Assembly: GCA_030532785.1 (NCBI GenBank)
Contig: JAUNKJ010000012.1
Coordinates: 1-23,489, forward strand
Length of the DNA stretch: 23,489 bases
Direction of reading: 5' to 3'
DNA from: Cardiobacteriaceae bacterium
GTDB lineage: Bacteria > Pseudomonadota > Gammaproteobacteria > Cardiobacteriales > Cardiobacteriaceae
Shown: positions 1 through 5,760 of the stretch, piece by piece
Numbering within the stretch: position 1 is the stretch's first letter
Layout of the letters: the number at the start of each line of letters is the position of its first letter
The notes under the pieces: generated by a model
Seen by the model: the letters and a program-made list of their open reading frames with translations, nothing else
Told to the model about the DNA's origin: nothing
Databases searched by the model: none
Made by a program: the position numbers and the translations under genes

Positions 1-380
1 TTGTCGTCGCGGTCGTTATCGCGATCATCGCGATCATCGTCACGATCGTCAACGCGATCATCGTCGCGGTCATCATCATGATCACGGCGCGGCTGGCCGG
101 GCGCGGCGCGGCGGTCGTCATCATCATCATCGCGATCCAGACGGCTGTCGATCACGCGGCCGCTGCGCGCATCGATGCGCACTTCATGGCGGCGGCCATC
201 GGCAGCAATCACATCCACCTCATACTGGCCGCGCTTGGCGTAGTAATCCACATCGGCAACGCGGCCGGCAACATGCGCCTTGGCGGCATTGGCAGCCTGC
301 GAGGCATTGATTTGCGCGTGAGAAGCGCCGACCGCCGCGATGGCCACGGCTACCGCGAGAAGATGCTTTTTGTTCAACAT
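1..380 (-). CDS. PepSY-domain secreted protein with a C-terminal Asp/Arg-rich low-complexity tail; 3' end truncated by the window edge
   Basis: Minus-strand ORF from ATG 380 (not in the ORF track because it runs off the window). Translation: MLNKKHLLAVAVAIAAVGASHA|QINASQAANAAKAHVAGRVADVDYYAKRGQYEVDVIAADGRRHEVRIDARSGRVIDSRLDRDDDDDDRR...DRDDDRVDDRDDDRDDRDND. It has a signal peptide ending AHA, then a PepSY-like core (YEVDV...G..hEV.IDA.SG.Vh), then a DR-rich repeat. A strong SD sits 6 nt upstream of the ATG (AAGGAG at 387-392 on the minus strand). The +-strand ORF 78-473 in the track is its mirror. Confidence 0.65.
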   Translation of the reverse strand, partial: MLNKKHLLAVAVAIAAVGASHAQINASQAANAAKAHVAGRVADVDYYAKRGQYEVDVIAADGRRHEVRIDARSGRVIDSRLDRDDDDDDRRAAPGQPRRDHDDDRDDDRVDDRDDDRDDRDNDRDD

Positions 381-550
381 GATGGACTCCTTTGTCGAAA
401 TACAAAACGTGCTGGCCTTGCCATCACGCGGGAACACTCTAGCCAATTCCGCCGCCAATGGCTCATGACATAACGTTTACCTTGCGCTTATGTAACCTCA
501 TGTTTGCAAATTGGTTTTCCTGAATAATCCGTTTTTCTCGATTTTTATAA

Positions 551-600
551 AAAAATAGTGGTTTTTTACCACGGGCAAGCGCTTGTCGCGGTAAAAAACG
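551..600. repeat. Copy A (short form) of the AT-flanked modular palindromic intergenic element, ATAGTGGTTTTTTACC-AAGCGCTT-GGTAAAAAA type
   Basis: Imperfect palindrome centred on AAGCGCTT, with TTTTTTACC / GGTAAAAAA flanks and an ATAGTG head. It shares these modules with copies at 3608, 5447, 8966, 9805, 15157 and 20839. Confidence 0.6.
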
Positions 601-664
601 TTTATTTTTCATCCCGTAAAGCAATGCTTTCCTGAGCGGCACGGCAAGGGCGCTTCGCGCTACA

Positions 665-3634
665 ATGCCGCCTCTTTTCCCTCGTCATTGCGCCATGTCC
701 TCCCCGATCTCCCCCCTGATCACCAAATTTCTCGACGCGCTTGCCGCGCGCGGTTTTCGTGGCGATATTGCCGCCACCCCCGGCGAACGCGCGGTCTATG
801 CCACCGACAATTCGATTTATTTCCGCCTGCCGCAGGCCGCCGTTTTCCCGCGCGATCATGCGGATGTGGTGTTGCTGATGACCCTGCTCGGCGAAGACGA
901 TTTTCGCGGCGTGCATATCGCCGCGCGCGGCGGCGGTACGGGAACGAATGGCCAATCGCTCACCGACGGCATCGTCGTCGATCTGTCGCGTTACATGCAC
1001 CGCATTGTCGCCATCGACCCGGAAAAGCGCACCGCCACGGTAGAGGCGGGCGTGGTCAAGGATCAGCTGAACGCCGCACTCAAGGCGCACGGCCTCTTTT
1101 TCGCGCCCGAGCTGTCCACCTCGAACCGCGCCACCATCGGCGGCATGATCAACACCGACGCCAGCGGCCAGGGGAGCTGCACCTACGGCAAAACGCGGCA
1201 TCATGTCCTCGCCCTGCACACGGTGCTCGCAGGCGGCGAGACGCTGGTTTCCGAAGCGCTTGCCCGCCACGATTGGCAGGAAAAAATCCGCGACAAACCC
1301 CCGGCGCAACAAGCGTTCTATCACGCGCTTTATCGCCTCGCCGATGAGCATCGCGAAGTCATCGCCAACGCCTTCCCGCCGCTCAACCGCTCGCTCACCG
1401 GCTACGATCTGCCCCATTTGCTCGATGAGAATACCTTCAATATCAACAGTGTCCTTTGCGGCGCGGAAGGCTCGCTCGGCATCGTCACCCAGGCGACGCT
1501 CAATCTCCTGCCCATTCCCAAGCATCGCGCGCTGGTCAATATCGGCTACGCCGATTTCATGGCGGCGCTCTCTGACGCGCGCACCCTGATGGCGCGCAAG
1601 CCGCTCTCCATCGAAACCGTGGATGCCACGGTACTCGCGCTCGCGCAAAACGACATCGTCTGGCAAAGCGTCGCCGACTATTTCCCGGCGGAAGTCGCGG
1701 GCATCAACCTCGTTGAATTCAATGCCGAGAGCGAAGCCGCGCTGCAAGATATTCTCGCTGCTTTTCGCGAACATCTGAAAAATGATCAAAGTGTTGCCCG
1801 GCTGTCGATGACCGAAGCGCATGGCGCACAAGCCATCAACGCGGTGTACAACATGCGCAAGCGCGCCGTGGGGCTTTTGGGCAACGTGCAGGGCGAAGCG
1901 CGGCCGCAGCCCTTTGTGGAAGACACCGCCGTACCGCCGGAACATCTCCCGGAATTTATTGCGGAATTTCGCGCCATTCTCGACCGGCGCGGGCTTGCCT
2001 ACGGCATGTTCGGCCATGTCGACGCGGGCGTCTTGCATGTGCGCCCGACGCTGGACATGAAAGACCCGCAAAGCGCGGAAAAAGTCAAAGACATCAGCGA
2101 CGAAGTCGCGGCGCTGACGCGGCGCTACGGCGGCGTGCTTTGGGGCGAACACGGCAAGGGACTCAGATCCGCCTACGCCCCCGATTTTTTCGGCGACGCC
2201 TACCCGCTCGCGCAACAGGTCAAAGCGCTCTTCGACCCGCACAACCAGTTGAATCCGGGGAAAATTGCCACCCCCGACGCCAGCGCTTTGACCGGCCTCA
2301 CCGACGTCCATTTGCGCGGCAGCCGCGACCGCGCCATCGCCGCCCAAGACTGGCAAGCCTTCGGTGCCGCCATGCACTGCAACGGCAACGGTGCCTGTTT
2401 CAACTACGATTTTCTTGATCCCATGTGTCCCTCGTGGAAAGCCACCCGCGACCGCCGCCACTCGCCCAAAGGCCGCGCGACGCTGATCAAAGAATGGCTG
2501 ATGCAACCCCCGCCCGCGCCGCGACTCTGGAAAGGCAAGGCGCAAGGCCTTGATTTGGAAGTCTATGAGGCGCTGCACGGCTGCCTCTCCTGCAAATCAT
2601 GCAGCGGCCAATGCCCGGTGAAAGTCGACATCCCCGACAGCAAGGCGCGTTTCCTCGAACGCCACCACCACCGCTACCGCCGCCCCTTGCGCGACCATGT
2701 CATCGCCAACCTCGAACACCTCCTGCCGCGCCTCGCCTTCGCCGCGCCGCTCTACAACGCCATCCAGGGCAGCCGCCCCATGCGCGCCCTGCACCGCCGC
2801 CTCCTCGGACTCGTCGACGCCCCGCTCTTCGCCCGCAACGTCGAACTCCCCGCCGTCAACCTCCTGACAAGCCCGGCACAACTCGTTGACATCGAAAAGG
2901 AAAACAGCATCATCCTCGTGCAGGACGCCTTCACCCGCCACTTCGACACCGCCGTGTGGCGCGACTGGCTCCTCCTCCTGCAAGCGCTCGGCGTCAACGT
3001 CTGCGTCCTCCCCTACGTTCCCAGCGGCAAACCATTGCACGTCCACGGCTTCCTCAAACGCTTCGCCAAAACCGCCGAACGCAACCGCGCGCGCTTCGCC
3101 GAATACGCACAAAGCGGCATCGCGCTGGTCGGCCTCGACCCCGCCATCACATTGATATACCGCGACGAATACCGCAAAGACTACGGCCACGCGAAAAGCG
3201 ACCGCGACGACTGGCACATCCTCCTGCCCCAGGAATGGCTCGCGCAATGGCTGGCAAAACAACCGCCCCGCCCCACAAGCAACACCGCGCCGTACTACCT
3301 TGCCGCGCACTGCATGGAAAAAACGCAAATGAACGGCAGCGCGAAAGCCTGGCAACGCATCTTCGCCCACTTCGGGCTGGAACTGCATGAAATCGCCAGC
3401 GGCTGCTGCGGCATGTCCGGCACCTACGGCCACGAAGCCGAACACCTCGGCCTCTCGAAAACCCTCTACGCGCAATCGTGGCAAACGCCCGTCGGCGAAC
3501 ACGGCGAGCGCCTCCTCGCCACCGGCTACTCCTGCCGCAGCCAGGCAAAACGCGTGGACGGGCAAACCCTCGCCCATCCCCTGCAAGCGTTATTGCAGGA
3601 AATATACAAAAATAGTGATTTTTTACCATCATGA
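665..3634 (+). CDS. Fused FAD-linked oxidase / 4Fe-4S + CCG-domain oxidoreductase. A GlcD-like N-terminus is joined to a GlcF-like C-terminus, giving a YdiJ-like D-2-hydroxyacid dehydrogenase architecture
   Basis: 989-aa ORF. FAD_binding_4-type motif RGGGTGTNGQS...GIVVDL near the N-terminus. Ferredoxin-like CLSCKSCSGQCP (C-x2-C-x2-C-x3-CP) at about aa 640. CCG-type cysteine motif CCGMSGTYGHE near the C-terminus. The true start may be ATG 695 (MSSPISP...) rather than 665, since ATG 665 lies inside a TACAAT -10-like hexamer. The last 9 codons and the TGA stop (3632-3634) lie inside repeat copy B. Confidence 0.8.
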   Translation: MPPLFPRHCAMSSPISPLITKFLDALAARGFRGDIAATPGERAVYATDNSIYFRLPQAAVFPRDHADVVLLMTLLGEDDFRGVHIAARGGGTGTNGQSLTDGIVVDLSRYMHRIVAIDPEKRTATVEAGVVKDQLNAALKAHGLFFAPELSTSNRATIGGMINTDASGQGSCTYGKTRHHVLALHTVLAGGETLVSEALARHDWQEKIRDKPPAQQAFYHALYRLADEHREVIANAFPPLNRSLTGYDLPHLLDENTFNINSVLCGAEGSLGIVTQATLNLLPIPKHRALVNIGYADFMAALSDARTLMARKPLSIETVDATVLALAQNDIVWQSVADYFPAEVAGINLVEFNAESEAALQDILAAFREHLKNDQSVARLSMTEAHGAQAINAVYNMRKRAVGLLGNVQGEARPQPFVEDTAVPPEHLPEFIAEFRAILDRRGLAYGMFGHVDAGVLHVRPTLDMKDPQSAEKVKDISDEVAALTRRYGGVLWGEHGKGLRSAYAPDFFGDAYPLAQQVKALFDPHNQLNPGKIATPDASALTGLTDVHLRGSRDRAIAAQDWQAFGAAMHCNGNGACFNYDFLDPMCPSWKATRDRRHSPKGRATLIKEWLMQPPPAPRLWKGKAQGLDLEVYEALHGCLSCKSCSGQCPVKVDIPDSKARFLERHHHRYRRPLRDHVIANLEHLLPRLAFAAPLYNAIQGSRPMRALHRRLLGLVDAPLFARNVELPAVNLLTSPAQLVDIEKENSIILVQDAFTRHFDTAVWRDWLLLLQALGVNVCVLPYVPSGKPLHVHGFLKRFAKTAERNRARFAEYAQSGIALVGLDPAITLIYRDEYRKDYGHAKSDRDDWHILLPQEWLAQWLAKQPPRPTSNTAPYYLAAHCMEKTQMNGSAKAWQRIFAHFGLELHEIASGCCGMSGTYGHEAEHLGLSKTLYAQSWQTPVGEHGERLLATGYSCRSQAKRVDGQTLAHPLQALLQEIYKNSDFLPS

Positions 3635-3698
3635 AGCGCTTACCGTGAGAAATTTTCTCATTATAAGCGCTTAGTGATGAGAAAATTTCTCATCATGA
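3608..3698. repeat. Copy B (long form) of the modular palindromic element
   Basis: AAAAATAGTGATTTTTTACCATCATGAAGCGCTTACCGTGAGAAATTTTCTCATTATAAGCGCTTAGTGATGAGAAAATTTCTCATCATG. It contains two AAGCGCTT cores and two GAGAAA(A)TTTCTCA palindromes. It overlaps the stop codon of the upstream oxidoreductase. Confidence 0.7.
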
Positions 3699-3714
3699 CC
3701 GAAGGATGGGCGTC

Positions 3715-3998
3715 AACCCACCTTTCGTAGGTTGGTGGTGCATCTCGACAGGCTCGATAACCATTGCAAGGTCGCTGCATTTCGACAGGCTCAATAACCA
3801 CTTGTCGAAGCTCCTTGCAATGAACTCCAACATGTGACGGCAATAGAAGCCGTAGGCTGGGTTAGTTGCGCAGCAACGTAACCCAGCAGAAATGGTCAAA
3901 TCGCGCTGGGTTACGGCTGCGCCTAACCCAGCCTACGGAAAATGTGCCACGGAAAACGTGCGGTGCGAATTGTCATGGTGGGCTGAAGCCCACCCTAC
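3715..3998. repeat. Cluster of GTAG-headed REP-like palindromic units (BIME-like mosaic) plus a 26-nt direct repeat
   Basis: CGTAGGTTGGTGGTGC (3727) and CGTAGGCTGGGTTAG (3853) on the + strand. The reverse complement carries CCGTAGGCTGGGTTAG (3920-3935) and GGTAGGGTGGGCTTCAGCCCACC (3976-3998). A perfect 16-bp inverted repeat CCGTAGGCTGGGTTAG / CTAACCCAGCCTACGG flanks about 55 nt and contains the nested inverted repeat GTAACCCAGC / GCTGGGTTAC. The direct repeat TGCATYTCGACAGGCTCRATAACCA occurs twice (3740-3766 and 3778-3804). The ...CAGCCTAC ends recall the E. coli REP terminus GGCCTAC. Confidence 0.6.
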
Positions 3999-4056
3999 CA
4001 TGCTTATCCTTGCTCAACCCATTGGCAAAACAGCCATAAAAAAATTTCCCCATATC

Positions 4057-4098
4057 ACATGTAATGCTCTTGCATTTTACATGTAACAAATCTACAGT
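4057..4098 (+). promoter_or_regulatory. Sigma70-like promoter (TTGCAT-17-TACAGT) with an overlapping operator-like inverted repeat ACATGTAA-N12-TTACATGT; predicted leaderless or near-leaderless transcript
   Basis: -35 TTGCAT at 4070-4075, a 17-nt spacer, -10 TACAGT at 4093-4098. The predicted TSS is about 4104-4106, at or 1-2 nt before ATG 4106, and there is no SD. The perfect 8-bp inverted repeat at 4057-4064 / 4077-4084 straddles the -35. Confidence 0.4.
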
Positions 4099-4105
4099 AG
4101 CGCCC

Positions 4106-4765
4106 ATGAACAAAAAGACTTCTGGAAAAACCGCCGCCAAGGCATCTGCCGCTAAAACTTCCGCCGACTATCAGCGCGCCTTTCGCCAGCGTTTGCGCGA
4201 ACAGGGCTTGAAGAAGCGGGAGGTCTGGATTCGTCCCGAGCATGAAAAGCTTCTGGGCGAGATTGAAGAACGCCTGCGGCATCCCGCCGCAGGCACTACG
4301 GGAGCAACGCTGATGGATATCCGCAAAGACAGTTGGCATACTGAAGCGCTTTATCAGGCGCTGGCCGCCGAGCCTTTTTTCACTGACGGACGCGCGACGC
4401 TGGAGCTGATTGACGGCCTGCATCCTTCGTTGCTCGTAGTGCTGCATGATTACGGCGATTTGCCCGTGTATCTCGGGCTGTCCGGGGCGCAGATCGTGGT
4501 GGAAGCGGTGTTGTGGCAGGCGTCTTTGGTGCGCGACAGCGCCGCGTTTCACGAGGCGGTACTCGCCACGCACAAGTATTTTCCGCTGTCCACCATCAGT
4601 CTGGAGCAGACGGCGGACGGCGAGGCATATTACGGCATGTTCGGTGCGCTGTTGGCAGCGTCATCGCTTGCCGATATTCTGGTGGAGATTGAAACGCTGG
4701 CGGCAAACGTCATCGAGGCGGCGGCGGCGTACCGCGACTTTTTGCACACGGGAGAAGAGGCATGA
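4106..4765 (+). CDS. DUF2170(YjfI)-like protein with a roughly 85-aa Lys/Ala-rich basic N-terminal extension. Family assignment tentative; it rests on gene-order analogy with E. coli yjfI-yjfJ
   Basis: ORF in the track starts at 4064, but the promoter analysis favours ATG 4106 (MNKKTSGKTAAKASAAKTSADYQRAFRQRLREQGLKKREVWIRPEHEKLL...). The stop TGA at 4763-4765 overlaps the ATG of the downstream PspA-like gene (ATGA). The N-terminus resembles histone-H1/AlgP-like AKA/KTA low-complexity tails. Confidence 0.55.
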   Translation: MNKKTSGKTAAKASAAKTSADYQRAFRQRLREQGLKKREVWIRPEHEKLLGEIEERLRHPAAGTTGATLMDIRKDSWHTEALYQALAAEPFFTDGRATLELIDGLHPSLLVVLHDYGDLPVYLGLSGAQIVVEAVLWQASLVRDSAAFHEAVLATHKYFPLSTISLEQTADGEAYYGMFGALLAASSLADILVEIETLAANVIEAAAAYRDFLHTGEEA

Positions 4766-5451
4766 CCATGTGGGGAAAATTGATGACCGCGTTGCGCGGT
4801 GGGGTACACGAAACGGGCGAGGCGCTGATGGATAGCCAGGCGCTGCGCATTCTCGAGCAGGAAATCCGCGAGGCCACTGCGGAAGTGCAGCGTGCGAAGG
4901 ACAGCCTGGTGGAAGTGATGGCGCAGCAGAAGCTTGCCGAGGGGCGCGCAGGGCAGGTTGCGGAAAAAATCATGGAATATGAGGGCTATGCCTTGCAGGC
5001 GCTCGACAAGGACGAGGAAACGCTGGCGCACGAAGTGGCGGCACGCATTGCCGCGCTGGAGGCGGAAAAGGGCGAGCATGACGCGCTTGCTGGGCAATAC
5101 CGCCACGCCGTCCGTGCTTTGCAGGCCACGATTCAGGAGAGCGAGCAGCATTTGCGCCGCATCCGTCAACAGGCCGATACGGTGAAGGCCACGGCGCATG
5201 TGCAAAAGGCGCAGGCGGCGGTGGCGGAGCGCTTCGGTTCGTCGCAATCGAAGATGCACAATGCGATGGAATCGCTGGCGCGCATTAGGGAACGGCAGAT
5301 GGAAGACGCGATGCGTCTCGAGGTTTCGGGGGAATTGGCGCGCGCCGGCAGCGATGCGGCGCTGGAGGCAAAATTGCGCGATGCCGGGATTGGTGGCAAG
5401 GGCAATACCGATACGCAAGCGATATTGGAACGATTGAAGGCAAAAAAATGA
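4762..5451 (+). CDS. PspA/IM30 (phage-shock protein A / Vipp1, ESCRT-III-like) family protein, YjfJ-like
   Basis: 229-aa all-helical coiled-coil protein (MTMWGKLMTALRGGVHETGEALMDSQALRILEQEIREATAEVQRAKDSLVEVMAQQKLAEGRAGQVAEKIMEYEGYALQAL...) with the characteristic PspA N-terminal amphipathic region and heptad pattern. It is translationally coupled to the upstream gene. The TGA stop (5449-5451) lies inside repeat copy G. Confidence 0.75.
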   Translation: MTMWGKLMTALRGGVHETGEALMDSQALRILEQEIREATAEVQRAKDSLVEVMAQQKLAEGRAGQVAEKIMEYEGYALQALDKDEETLAHEVAARIAALEAEKGEHDALAGQYRHAVRALQATIQESEQHLRRIRQQADTVKATAHVQKAQAAVAERFGSSQSKMHNAMESLARIRERQMEDAMRLEVSGELARAGSDAALEAKLRDAGIGGKGNTDTQAILERLKAKK

Positions 5452-5512
5452 GAAATTTTTGCACACCAAGCGCTTTGTGAGGGTAAAAAATGATTATTTT
5501 GAGTGATAGTAT
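5447..5512. repeat. Copy G (partial, divergent) of the modular palindromic element
   Basis: AAAAAAATGAGAAATTTTTGCACACCAAGCGCTTTGTGAGGGTAAAAAATGATTATTTTGAGTGATAGTAT. It carries the AAGCGCTT core, a GGTAAAAAA flank and a terminal GATAGTAT (ATAGTG head inverted). Confidence 0.5.
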
Positions 5513-5561
5513 GACTTCGTCGGTGTTGTCGTGATAACCCTATAAGATGAAAGGCTATTAT

Positions 5562-5683
5562 CCTCCCCTGCTTGCGGGGGAGGGACAGGGTAGGGGGAAA
5601 CGAGGTTTTCCACTTTATTGCCTCAAAAGAATGCTATGCGTTTGACACCCCCATCCCAACCTTTCCCCGTAAGCAGGGGAAGG
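5562..5683 (+). promoter_or_regulatory. Structured intergenic leader upstream of the yqiJ-like gene: two C-rich/G-rich hairpins, a G-quadruplex-capable G-run motif and a long-range 9-nt inverted repeat
   Basis: Hairpin 1 CCTCCCCTGCTTGCGGGGGAGG (5562-5584). G-run motif GGGGGAGGGACAGGGTAGGGGG (5576-5597). Hairpin 2 CTTTCCCCGTAAGCAGGGGAAGG (5661-5683). TTGCCTCAA (5618-5626) pairs with TTGAGGCAA (5690-5698). The function (terminator, attenuator or sRNA) is unknown. Confidence 0.35.
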
Positions 5684-5760
5684 AGTGGATTGAGGCAAAA
5701 CGAAACATCAATGCCAATAGCTGTACTTCTCCTTCAATTGAGACTGGCAAAGGAACAACC

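Noticed and set aside
78-473. 131-aa +-strand ORF (MITARLAGRGAAVVIIIIAIQ...)
   Set aside because: Low-complexity mirror frame of the PepSY gene on the opposite strand. The minus-strand frame has a signal peptide, a PepSY-like core and a strong SD.
602-3586. Large minus-strand ORFs 602-2578 (658 aa) and 2597-3586 (329 aa)
   Set aside because: Antisense to the well-supported FAD/Fe-S oxidoreductase. The translations are Gly/Ala/Val/Arg low-complexity with no motifs, a GC3 mirror artefact.
3661-4086. Small ORFs 3661-3843 (-), 3693-3899 (-) and 3892-4086 (+)
   Set aside because: They lie entirely within the REP/BIME-like repeat cluster and the promoter region. There is no RBS, no codon bias, and the peptides are repeat-encoded.
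4064-4105. Upstream extension (MLLHFTCNKSTVAP) of the yjfI-like ORF
   Set aside because: The extension overlaps the predicted -35/-10 and operator palindrome. ATG 4106 downstream of the promoter is the more plausible start.
5572-5760. Upstream extension of the yqiJ-like ORF starting at 5572
   Set aside because: It would translate through the C/G-rich hairpins and the G-run motif. ATG 5761 with AAAGGAAC upstream gives a protein of the expected 212-aa size starting directly with the TM region.
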